A stretch of DNA of 64,000 bases. Source: Anthoceros angustus (taxonomy: Eukaryota > Plantae > Anthocerotophyta). Within the stretch, counting starts at the first letter, position 1, and each line of letters starts with the position of its first letter. Shown in pieces: positions 52,807 to 64,000 of this stretch. The translations under genes were made by a program, and so were the position numbers. A model generated the notes under the pieces. It was not told the DNA's origin and did no database searches. It saw only the letters and a list, made by a program, of their open reading frames with translations. The stretch spans positions 62,693-126,692 of the forward strand of contig VJWM01000288.1 in NCBI GenBank assembly GCA_010909165.1. Reading direction: 5' to 3'.

Positions 52807-52992
52807 TCCGTGCACCATCGAGTCCATGTTAGCCCCGGCGAGTAGGTTTTTCTTTCTTTGGGCACCTAGATGTGCTTGTTCTCAGTGTTGGTTTTAAATT
52901 ATATAATGGACGAGTTGCAGTGTGCCAATGGATTTCTTCATTTTGCCTCCTTTCTTAAAAACCCCGTGAAGGCGCCGGCCAGCCGGTGCCTT
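49747..52992. repeat. Dispersed GC-rich palindrome GGCGCCGGC-CA-GCCGGCGCC, at least 4 copies
   Basis: Copies at 49747-49774, 50006-50031, 51623-51654 (variant) and 52969-52992. Confidence 0.9.
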
Positions 52993-53096
52993 TACTGGAT
53001 TTTATAGTCGTGATGTGTTCAAAACAGGCCTATACGTTTCCCATTTCCAGCCAAAGGGTCGTGATTACTATAAACGATCTGGATTTGGAAACTCCC

Positions 53097-56000
53097 TGTT
53101 GAAAGGTGTCTTGGGGTGATTTTTTTTGTTTTCTTGTTAAGAATGGTGTTAAAATAAGTCAGGCTGACAGTAGGAGAGGGCATTTATGCTAAAAAGTGTC
53201 CTTGGCTTATGGGGGTTTTTTTTGTTGTTTTTTAGGTTAGATAATAAATGGTCTTGAATTCGATGTTCCTTGGCCTTTGGTCTTGGGATATCCAATAGAA
53301 AGTCTATATATGTGAGAGGGGATCCTCATATTTGGTAGAGGTTGCTAAGTCCATAGGTTGGAGGTCGACCCAACCAGGCGGTAGTCGAATAAGTGCAAGG
53401 TTGCGGACCGAAATGGGTGGTGGCGATGTTCCGAGAACGGTCAGCGACTGGGACGGGCGGTCATGGAAGGAAGGAGCGGTCGTCGAAGGAGAAGTGGAAG
53501 CCGATCTGGGAGGGGAGGCATGTAACCCTAAGGAGACCGGAAAATGATGTATAAGTTCAAACGGTGGAGCGCAACGGCGGCTGGAGCGAGAGTGAGGGGA
53601 GCGCAACGGGCGGGAGCGAGAACGCCGAGGAGTCAGCTGGAAGAGTACTACGCGATCTGGAGGCGAGAGGGGGCAATCGCGAGGAGGACAGCCTCAACCC
53701 TCGCGCTGAGGAGCATGAGCTTGTCAAGGAGGACGGCCCTCACCGGCGGATTGCTGAGGAAGTAGGAACCCTGGGAGACTGACCCCGCCAGGAATTTTGA
53801 GGCGAGACATCACCGATTCGAGGCGCGAGGCAAGGGAGGTTGCTGCAGAGACATGGCGCCCAAAGCCGCAGCTGAAATTGTGACCGCCCAATGGCCAAAC
53901 ATGGACCATTGGAAGGTCCGAGCTGGGGAATTGGTGAAGAAGTTGGGGCTTGGCTTCATGGAGAAGCGGTGGAATTATGCGAACTTGGGACCTGCAGAGG
54001 CGCCACCATCCGAAGGACAAGCCCAGCGAGGGAATTAGAGCTAAGCCTCGTGGATTGGGACTCGGAATTGGTCAAGAAAGTGTATGAGCGAGGCGAGTGG
54101 TTTGGTAATCGAGCCTTCTAAGAGGAGCAAAGAAGGCAGCAGCGCCTTGGTCAAGGCAGCGTAATTCGGGAGCCCAATGGTCGTTGACCCGAATTGGTAT
54201 CAAAGACAGGTGATGGGCCGATGGCTCTCCGTTTCAAGACAAGAAGTGACTATTTGTCCGACCACTTTGTTTCTCCATGAAGTTGTCAAGGGGGCGAGGA
54301 TCGATTGGGGGCGAATTCTCTTTGACAAGCTGTGTGAAGAGAGGTTGAATTTGATCCTCTTCCTCTCGTCCTTCTCTAATTATTGGTTCATCTGTATGCG
54401 CACACTAACTGTCTGCTGGAGGTAGAAATTGTGGCCTCCCTTCACATGTGGAAGCCGGTTAGGGAGGTGAAGTGGAAAGCGGAGGAACCCAAGGAGGAAA
54501 TAGAGGAGGAATTTGACAGCTGGGAGTCCGTGGCGACGGGCAGTTCAGAGGAGGAAAAGGAGATTGCCACCATCAAGAAGAGAGAAAGCCGAGAGGCAAA
54601 GTAGGCTCAACGAAGAAGGTGGAGACGCCACCAGAGTCGAAAGGCGCCGTGGAGAAAACCAAGAAAATGAGGGCCAAACGTGATTGATTCGAGGAGGAGG
54701 AGGCGCGATCCGAGGAAGAGAATTTTGTTGACTTGGATGCAGATTACGAACCGACCCCGGAAGGATTAGGGTTGACCTCGTGGACCCTCCTGGATGGGAA
54801 GAGGTTTTCCGTGAACCCATTGGCAAATGAGGTCGACGCGGGAGAATTGGTTAGAGTGCGACCCCACCGGGAAGGAAGGTGCTTGACAGGGAATGGCGTC
54901 CGGAGGGCCTCCTCAGTGTGGATTTGAGCTAACCACATCTATGATCCGGGCCCAGTCAGATTTGTTGGACCAAGCTGCGTTGGCCCTCACATAGCTCAGC
55001 GTGCAAGGGCGGCGAGAGGAAGTGGTGAAGGCCCGATTTGAGGAGGAGGAGGCTAAGCGAAAGCAGGTGGAGGAGGATAAGCGGACCCTAGAGGAGATGA
55101 GGGTAAAAATTCAGGAGGATTTGCGCAGTGCCCAAGAGGAGTTGCAGTCCATGACGAGCCAGGAAGCGCCATGGCCCAGATCAAGGACGCCCACGAGGCT
55201 AATCAAGAAAATGGGGAATTGGCGAGCCCAACAAGAGGCAGCCTGTGGAGAAGGCCCATAAGTTGGCGGACAGACAAGCGAGAGCATGAGGCACGTGGTT
55301 GAGCCGTGAAGGAGAAGGGAAAGGAAGGCAAAGATGTCCACCGGGTAGTGGAAGGACCATCAAGAAAGGAAGGAGCAACCGAGGTAGCCAAACACCTACC
55401 GAGTCGCCAATGACGACGGTCGTGGAGTCCACTACCGCAGATGAGAGCCACCGATTGGGGAGCCCAACTAAGGCCATGAGCGGCGCTCTGCCCGACGTAA
55501 CATCTCGCGAGGGCATGGATCAGGGCAACCGTGTAGCCCACGGAGGAGGGGGCACCTCACCATGAGGGGTCCTATTATGTTGCGGCACATGGATGAGGAA
55601 ACTTATGTTCCTGGTCTATATGTGAATGGGGAACGCGTGCTTAACCTCAGTGTCCATGTGCGTGTGGAAATAGGAGGGATCAGGGCCTATCTTCTACAAG
55701 TGAGGACCCGAAGTGGATACTTCTTCCACTGCGCCCGAGTGTGGGGATTGGCCCCCTATTATGCGGAGGCGATTTTGGAGGAGCTGACAAAAGAAGAAGT
55801 CCATGCATGGGTGGACGAAGAGCCTGTAATAACCCTCAGCAATAGGCGACAGGCTGGAGTGGAGGGAGGTCAAGGGCAGGAGATACCCCCGATTAGGACG
55901 TCCACCAGCGATAGTGAGGTGGAGGTCTTGTGGAGGACCCGCTGATCGGGGCCGCGGGTGAGGGCTCGAGGCGGCGGCAGGAGGACGGCGTCAGGCGAAG

Positions 56001-57175
56001 TCTGGAGAAGGGCACGTAGATAGCGAGGGCAGGTGATAGCATCCAGGAATGGAATTTTGTTGGGGATGCCATCGGACCTAAGATCGCTTCAGAATTGTAG
56101 TGCGTCTCTTCGCGATAGTATTTTAGGACCGAAAACTGGGGCTATGTGACGCCTCACCGATGTGGTAATGTGCCCGCCACAACAGATAATTCCGTTGAGA
56201 TCCCACGCCGCCTCGTGGCCGGTTGGAGATGTCCATTGGCTGAGGCGGGTGCGAGACGCCTCCAGGGGTGGTCGAGAGCTTGCTCCAACCGAGGGAGGGA
56301 GGATGATAGAGCAAACTCACGACAAAGGAGGAGGAAATCAAGGGATTGGGGCGGGGCGGTCCGGAGCTTGCTCGTAACGCCCGGCCAGGACGCGAGGGTT
56401 CTTCTTCCACACCTTTGATCCCGAGATAGTTGTGTTCAAACCAAGAGTGTTGAGTGGATGGTTGGAAGCTTGTGTGTGCATCGAGAAAGAGGAGGAGAAA
56501 GAGAGAGAGAAGAGATCGGGTGAAGGGAGATCGAAAATCACGCTGGCGCGAGGTGAGATCGAAGTGGAGAAGGAGGAGAACGAACCGGTGAAAGTTGATG
56601 GGGAAATTGATGTGAGTAGATTGTGAAACTCAAACCGGTGCTGACAGTGGAAAGTGCGCAAGGGAAACAGTGTTCCTGTTGGAAATTGTGTGGCATGGCG
56701 CCTTTTTGTATGTGGGTGTGTGTGTGGAGCAGGTGTGAGGTGTTCTAGGAACTCCCGTTCCTAGAAATCGGTGTGAGCATGAAGTGTGAAGTGTGGAACA
56801 AAACCTGATCCGGAAGCAGGGGTCGCGGTTCGTGACAGGGATCGCGGCGCCGTGCGCCCGAATTAAGTCGCTAGGGTTTGGTGTGGGACCCACCTCGGTC
56901 GTCGTAGCAACTACCCGGTAGTGGTGAGAACCGCCTGGTAGTAGCTCGAACGAGGTCATGGAGTGATTGGCTGAGGGAATAAGATCTGGGGTTGTAGTAG
57001 TCGAGAGGGTAGGAAGAGTAGCAATAGCAGGTGCAGTCCCAACTTGGGCAAAGGTCAGTAGTGATAGAAGTTAGCGTCTCTTGGCACAAACCATTCCCTT
57101 GGGAGCGAATCCCAGGACTACAACGACATTGAGGGTGAATGTGGACCTCACGGTGTTCCTAGACACAAATTCACA
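53097..57175. mobile_element. Second TG...CA solo-LTR-like element (4.08 kb), related to 31884-38537, with a frameshifted plus-strand ORF
   Basis: Begins TGTTGAAAG and ends ATTCACA. Flanks CTCCC (53092-96) and CTCCA (57176-80) match 4/5. Shares the terminal block CATTCCCTTGGGA.CGAATCC.AGGACTA and the protein motifs WPNMDHWKVR, FLHEVVKGARIDWGRILF, LHMWKPVREVK with the first element. Confidence 0.75.
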
Positions 57176-59750
57176 CTCCACAATTACCCGCAAAAGAGCT
57201 AAGATGCATATTTTGGGACTATGTGGGATGTGATAAGGGGGTTCGGATATTCACCCCTTCCAAAAATACCATGTTGCAGGCATCCATTCCCTTTAGACAC
57301 CCCATCTAAGTATTCGAATTCCCAAAAAAGACAAAAAGTGAGGTTCCTCCCCATTCTAGAAATTTAACAAGTGAGAACCTTAGTCAGACGGTCTGGATAA
57401 CATCTCCTCTTCAGATAGCTATGAGAATCCCCTAGTCTTCTTGGCAAGCTTGTCAGCGTCACAACGTCTGCTTCATCTTTGGACCCGGCAGCCTTATAGC
57501 CCTTCCTCTCCCCCTTTCAAAAATCCTTTGTTTTTTTTCCTTCTTAAAAGGACAGGAAGTCATTGTCCTGGATTGCTATAAATTTGTGGAACATCTTATT
57601 TCTGTCTAAGCACTAGGAAAGCGCAAAGAGGAAGCCCTGGAGGCGGCCAAGGTCTTTGCAGAGGCAGCGACGTCCAGCCCCCGAACCGTGCTACATCCAT
57701 TCGACCACCGCAATATGCCTCTTAGTTACCTTCAGTCCTCTCCCGTAGATTGCAAGAGCGCATCAAAACGAAACTCCTGCATATGTTCGTGGACAGTTGA
57801 CAGGATGGCCTTCACTAGCTCGAGTTTATCACCAAAAAGAACTCAGTCAGACGTGGGCACCTTCTCATAGCATTAGAAGATAAAGAAGTGTATTAGAGTC
57901 CACTTGGATGGAATTTTTCCTATCATGGAACTTGGTACTTAACTACTTGTACCATGGTGAGCCTAAGCTACTACCACCAAGGGCATCCACTCCTCTTAGG
58001 CACCCCATCTAAGTATCGATTGAAGTGCAAGATGCTTAATAGCTACGTTCTCTAACACATCTCATCATCAGAAACACATCTCCAACACCATGAACAAGAT
58101 GATATACATCATCTCGAAGAAAAATCTTTGAAAATTTTTGTTCTTTTTGATCTGGAGTAACTCGTAGCGCATTAAAAACCACCGGCCCCACACGCTGCAA
58201 AGATAAAGACATGATGTTAATAAGAGGTAGCCCAACAGCCCATAAAGCTGGGGATGGGTGGCACCCCATCCAAGCACTGATCCATCCAAAGGATGCTTAA
58301 TTGGGGAGTTATAATGAACTCTGTCTGGATGTCACTCCTTGAAGGACCGAATGTTTGTTTTTGAAGTGCTAGTTATATTACTTTACTTTAATTTTTACAT
58401 TCAAAATTCACATAAATGGGAACCTGACATGCCTCGTGATGGGGGGGGCTTTTTTTTATGTGGGGGACGTGATGCTAGTTAAAGGTTCAAAAGAACGTCT
58501 CAAGTCCAAGAAAAGTTTCTTTTCTAACATAAGCTTGTTTATTGATCTTTTTATATCAAAATATCACACAATATCCTCAGATATTATAAAATTGTACAAT
58601 CTCCACCGTGAGAGCACGCATAATTGCATCGTCCCCGTAACTTTGTGAAGTTGGTCACGGGATGGACTCCTGCTATCATATTGCAATACTTGCTATCCAT
58701 GAGCTCCAAATCAGCACTAACAAGGTATCAAGAGAAACGATCAAGCCTCGGCTTCATAAGTCAAGCCTATATTTTACCTGGCCAGAATAGAAAAAATACT
58801 ATAAAAATCAAATAAAAGCTACTGTTACATCCAGCGTTTGAAGAAATACACCTAGCCAGAATAGAAAAAAAATACTATAGTAGTCAAATAAAAGCTGCTA
58901 TTATATCCTGCAGCCTTTGAAGCTCTTCACATGATACAAGCCCTTTACGTTTATGGGTTGTGATAGCAATTTTTACTATTTTGCGTATTGGTATGGCAGT
59001 AGATCTTTAACTGGACATATGCAATTTTTAAGTTGGAAAGCTTATTAATAGTTGTGTGGTTGGATGTTGTTCTTAGAAAAAAATAGTTCATTGTACACAA
59101 TTTTAGATTAAAATATTTCCCAAAGAAAATCAATGACTGTGTGGTTGCATTTAGTTCTTCAATAAGTAGTTTCTAAATAGAGAAAGGGTCCTAAGATATA
59201 AATGAAACAGGTTCTTGAGAGAAAAGGAAGGTCTCCCAAAAGCTAAATAGAATAGGATTTATGAGAGGGGGCAGACAAAGTGAATCTCATGCATAGGTTA
59301 AAAACTTTGTTTTTGAAGGCTTGTTTCGAAGGAGGAGGGCTGTCAAAGTGAAATCTCTTGCCTTGGTTGAGAACTTGTTTTGAAGAAGAGAGGCAAACAA
59401 AGTCAATCTTGTGCCTAGGTTGAGAATTTGTTTGAAGGCTTATAGATTGTAATCAAAGTGACATTGTTATAGTTTCTCTGGTACAAAAGCTGCGTAACAA
59501 CAAGGGTGTTCACTTGGCCTTAGTTCTTCTTTTAACTTTTTTTCATTTATCCTTGGGGTTTGGATAATTGTTTGCATAGGGTGTTCACTTGGCCTTGAAC
59601 CTTTTTTTCTAACTTTTTAATTTTTTCTTGGTGTTTGAATAATTATTTAGTGTTGAAAAATTCAAAGTCAAGGCGCTATAATTTTGGGATACAAATTTTT
59701 TTTCTCTTATGATTGGCTCTTAAATGTTTTGATAGGTTTTAATTCTCGAA

Positions 59751-61532
59751 ATGGTGAGGTGGTTGGGGAGTTCAGCGTGGATTTGTGTGCTGTTTGCGGT
59801 GCTGGCGACCCTAGCAGAATGCTCAGGGCATGCTATTGGAGTGAATTGGGGGACTCTTTCTTCGCGGCCACTGTCACCGCAAAGGGTGGTTAAGCTCCTT
59901 AAGGACAACAACTTTACGAAAGTGAAGCTCTTTGATGCGGATGAGAAAGTGTTGTTGGCTCTTGTAGGGAGTGGCCTTGAAGTGATGGTAGCAATTCCCA
60001 ATGGTATGCTTCATGAAATGCAGAGCTTGGAAAGGGCCAAGAGCTGGCTGAGGGCCAATGTGTGGTTCTTCAGGCGATATGACAAACTGAACATGCCCAC
60101 CGTGAACATCGCGTAAGATTCGAGTTTTCCTGGCGTGCTTTCCACTGTCGCCTTGGCCAGACGCCTCTTCAGAGCCTTGGGAATTGGATTTCTTTCAGGC
60201 TTGTTGGAATCGAGAGAACGTTAACGGAGTGGTTTGCTGGCTAGGTAGCTGGCGAGCAGAGCTGTAGAGCCTGCCTTTCCGGACTGTATGCTAGCTTTTG
60301 TCATTGCAAATTGAGTTTCTTGTTTAATTTAGAATGAGCTGTAACCAGACGGATTCTTCCTGTTCAGATCTTGTTCTCATGTTCAAGATGTTTTTTCTTG
60401 TAGGTATGTTGCAATAGGAAACGAGCCATTTCTCAAAGCCTATGACGGCTATTATGTGCCACTGGTCCTACCTGCCATGCGGAACTTGCAGCAGGCTATT
60501 GAAGAGGACTCGTTGTGCAAAGGTTTTGTGAAGGTTGTGGTGCCCATGAATGCTGACGTGCTGACTGAGCAGTCAAATCGTCCGAGTGAAACAACATTTA
60601 AGCCCGAGTATATTGAGGATATGACCGGCATAGTTTCACACCTCAAGCAACACGGGTCCCCTTTCATCGTGAATATCTACCCATATTTGAGTCTCATCAA
60701 CGATCCTGAGTTTCCGACGTCTTTCGCATTCTTCCTTGACAGCTATGCTGCTTTTGATGATGGAGGCTACAGGTACACAAATGTGCTGGAGGCCAGCCTT
60801 GACCAGGTTGCAAACGCCCTGGCTCATGTGGGAGCACCCGAAATGCCCATAGTCTTGGGGGAAGTTGGTTGGCCCACAGACGGTGAATTCAGTGCAACTC
60901 CTCTCTATGCTCAGAAGTTCAATCAAGGTTTACTGGATCACTTCTTGCAAATGAAGGGCACCCCTAGACACCCCAACACAAGTTTTGATTTCTACCTTTT
61001 CGCACTTCTTGACGAAGATGCGAAGAGTCTTGGGCCTGGGAACTTCGAAAGACACTGGGGTATTTTTGACTATGCTGGACAGACGAAATACTCGCTTGAC
61101 TTATCAGGCCGAGGCTTGAAGGTTCCTCTTGTTAGTGCTGGTCTGGAGGTCTTGGAAAAGAAGTGGTGCATTTTGAAAGAAGGAGCCGATGATCCTCGCG
61201 CGACCAACTTCACGAAGTTACGAGCAGCCTACAATTATGCGTGCTCTCACGGTGGAGATTGTACAGTCACAAATGTTGGAGGGTCTTGTGTGTCTTTGCC
61301 TTTATCAGGTATGCTCTCCTATGCATTCAACAGCTACTACCAAGCAAAAGGGCAGGCGCACGAAGCGTGCAATTTCGATCGTTTGGCAACGGTCACGCGA
61401 GATAATCCAGAGACCAAGTACAAGTGTAAGTTTTCGATAGCTAACGGCGGCTCATCGACTCCACGGGTACTCAATTATACGTATGCACTGTTCGCGGCGT
61501 TATTGGTGCTTTCTGTCCAGCTTGAGGTTTAG
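59751..61532 (+). CDS. Glucan endo-1,3-beta-glucosidase (GH17) with C-terminal X8/CBM43 domain and a likely GPI-anchor signal; 2 exons
   Basis: Exons 59751-60112 and 60404-61532. Signal peptide, [35 protein letters not shown], Cys-rich X8 (WCILK...YACSHGGDC...SYAFNSYYQ...ACNF), hydrophobic tail. Confidence 0.95.
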
Positions 61533-62900
61533 CGCGCTCCTGTTATTATCCTGCTTTTATTCCTCTGCCTTCACTCGGGCTGACCAGCAGTAGTGAGGAT
61601 GAGTTCTTGGCAATCGCCATTGCAGGCATCTCACATAGACACATAGAACCATGGAACCCAGAACAGGTCATTTTGGTTTGAACAGGAGAACAGGTCATTT
61701 TGTTTGGTTTTTCTATAAATGGCGATTTCTAACCAGATTAGGTTCACTCCTGTCATGCTATGTAACCTGCGATCCATGCGATCCATTACGCTAAGTGCGA
61801 TCAAGCATAGCCCATTGAGCACTGACAAGAGGAACGTTCAAGCATTGGCCTGAGTCGCTTGAACGTTTCGTCTGTCCAGCATAGTAAAAAATACCTTGTC
61901 TTGCGCAGTTGCCAGGCTCAATAGCTCTAGCTACTCTTCGCGGCTTCGTCAAGAAGTCCGAAAAGGTTTAAGTCAAAAAATGTGTTGGGGGACCTAGGAG
62001 TACACTTCACTTGCAAGACGCGATTTTTCAAAAAATAAAGTATTCTGCAAAGGGCCGCCAAAAAACAACGGACTCGACTTGCCTTGGAATTCACTAACGG
62101 CTGCACCCCGTAGCCAATTGCAAGGAAGAGTTACCAGCGAAGACCAAGACCCCTCTGAACCAAGGAAGAATCACCAGCATGAGCAACTAGCCGCCGCTCC
62201 CCCTGACCCCTCTTGGCATAAGCAGGGCAATCCAAAATGCAGCACAGCACGAACAGCAGACAAATGTGCCCCTACTTTCGCAATACACCGCTCCACAAAT
62301 CCCCAGCCCCCAGTTTCCCACTCAATCCCTTGACCGTGAACTGCCGCATCAGCGCAAGCGGCCCGCGAGTCGCCGCGACCAAAACCTGTCGCGCTATCAT
62401 CTCAGCTTTGGTTGCATCATCAACTCCTATACATTTTGGTTGTACCATATTCAATTAGCTGCGACCTAGAATTTTTATTATATAAGGTTTTATGTTTGTA
62501 TTTCTACTCATTGTTGTGAGTTCATCCTTAGTAACAAACAAGGCAACATGACATAGGAAAGAACGGTTCAGGCTCCCGCAATTTTTTAACGGGTTCAGGG
62601 CCTCTTCATAACATGGCATGGTCAGCACCAGTGAAATGGAATCCACATTCTACGATACATGTCAGCTGCAATGGACTACACTTTGATTCAGTGGTGATGC
62701 TAAGACGCTGATGCTGGTTCATACAAAGCTGCAGGCATACGGGCCCATACGGCAGCGTATGGTGGCTTGCTGGTCCCCACACATCAACACAAGAAGCGAT
62801 CAGCTCACAGAAACAAAGCTAGGCTCATCAGATGTGGACACACGACAACATGGCAAGTGGTCAGACGGCTTCTCGTTCCGCCCTCCTGCAGACAGTACAG

Positions 62901-63034
62901 ACTAATAATCACGGTATGGAAAGCAAAACAAGATTATGAGACAATGCCAAGGACAAAGGCTCAGAAGTACATACTAATAATCACGGTATGGAAAGCAAAA
63001 CAAGATTATGAGAGAATGCCAAGGACAAAGGCTC
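62901..63034. repeat. Two ~72-bp tandem copies
   Basis: ACTAATAATCACGGTATGGAAAGCAAAACAAGATTATGAG..AATGCCAAGGACAAAGGCTC at 62901 and 62973. Confidence 0.85.
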
Positions 63035-63161
63035 TCTGAGCCTGGATTTCAAATAGCCATGAGAAAGTACAATTTAGAGGCTTCTCTTATAGTCTGCCTC
63101 TGCTTTTCTACACACGCTCAAGGTGCTCTCCTCTCTCCAGCTGAAGTTCACAAATCCCCAA

Positions 63162-63240
63162 GGACAGCGTAGAAGACCTAGATGCCCCATGGACAGCGTA
63201 GAAGACCTAGATGCCCCATGGACAAACGTAGAACACCCGG
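63162..63240. repeat. 29-bp tandem repeat, about 2.7 copies
   Basis: GGACAGCGTAGAAGACCTAGATGCCCCAT at 63162 and 63191, degenerate copy at 63220. Confidence 0.85.
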
Positions 63241-64000
63241 ATGCCACTGCTACTAGCACACTCCCACTTGCCTTTCTAAGAACAACTTTGGGCGTGTGAA
63301 ACGGACCTCAAACCTATCATAAACTCTGAGAGCGATGAAGATTGCAAAGAGTATAATCTACTTAGGAATTGGGGAGATTTTATGTAGATAGAAAAGAGAT
63401 GGAAAAAATATCATCTACATTGAAAAAAAGGGGTCAACCCAACGAAGGGCAGCAGGCCAAGGAGATTAACTCCCGTGATAGCTTTTCTCAAAACTACTTA
63501 CTGCCCTAAGAATTGAAGACGGACAAGATATCCAAGAAAGAATGCTCGTCACGCTTCCTCGCTTAACTGTCTGACGGCCGAGTGAAATGACGCGTGCACG
63601 GGGCTGAAGGGCACATGGGACACTGGCCGGCGGCTATGATAGGCGCACGCGGGCGGAACGAAGACCGCAAGGCGGCGCCCTGTGCTTTAAGGTTAATTAA
63701 CCCACTTGCAGAATTCGGAACCCATCATCACTCCATCCGAGGTTCATCCTCCCGCATTCCCCACTCTCGCTGAAAAGCTCGTGGGAAATCTCAAGTGAAA
63801 CGTGGTCACTTTCCGTGCTCCACCCCTTCGCCGCTTGGTGGACCTCTTCCATGCCCCGTCCTGGCTTGGCACTTGGCCTCCACCCGGAAGCAGCTTGACA
63901 ACCTCCGCCTCCAAAGGCGTCCCTCCGGTCCCAGACTTCCATCTCCTCCTCGGAACGCCCACGAGATTTTTGGAAAGGCAGGCGTCATCCGTATCCTCCC

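Noticed and set aside
57600-58300. Short minus-strand coding-like pieces (e.g. KLELVKAILSTVHEHMQEFRFDALLQ)
   Set aside because: No recognisable family and interrupted by stops; insufficient support for a call.
63400-64000. Possible LTR/TE start at the window end
   Set aside because: TE-like composition, but no termini, TSD or protein motif are visible within the window.

Overview
Nuclear DNA of a seed-free land plant with a compact genome. Short GT-AG introns, dense genes and a long PLS-class PPR gene with a GACRKWSNV E1 motif suggest a hornwort or fern-like lineage (inference). 1-29.5 kb is gene-rich: a PLS PPR (3' end outside the window), FAB1/PIKfyve, a UPF0235/At5g63440-like gene, RPS19, an ATAD1/Msp1-type AAA ATPase, TSR2 and glucosylceramide synthase, with MITEs and an RLE/CRE-type LINE fragment between them. 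29.9-57.2 kb is a nested transposon island. It holds a chromovirus integrase split by a TG...CA element with a 5-bp TSD, CACTA ends carrying captured NPF transporter fragments, and a second related TG...CA element. The most notable content is a degenerate, intron-containing gene (48.6-52.8 kb) for a ParB/Srx-like domain fused to a beta-class N4-cytosine/N6-adenine DNA methyltransferase. It lies head-to-head with a transposase-like ORF and contains a repeated GC-rich palindrome whose outer stem differs between copies but stays paired. A GH17 beta-1,3-glucanase with an X8 domain lies at 59.8-61.5 kb. Parts of 32-43 kb look like indel-rich duplicated copies and may be assembly artefacts. All calls come from manual translation and motif recognition; no searches were run.
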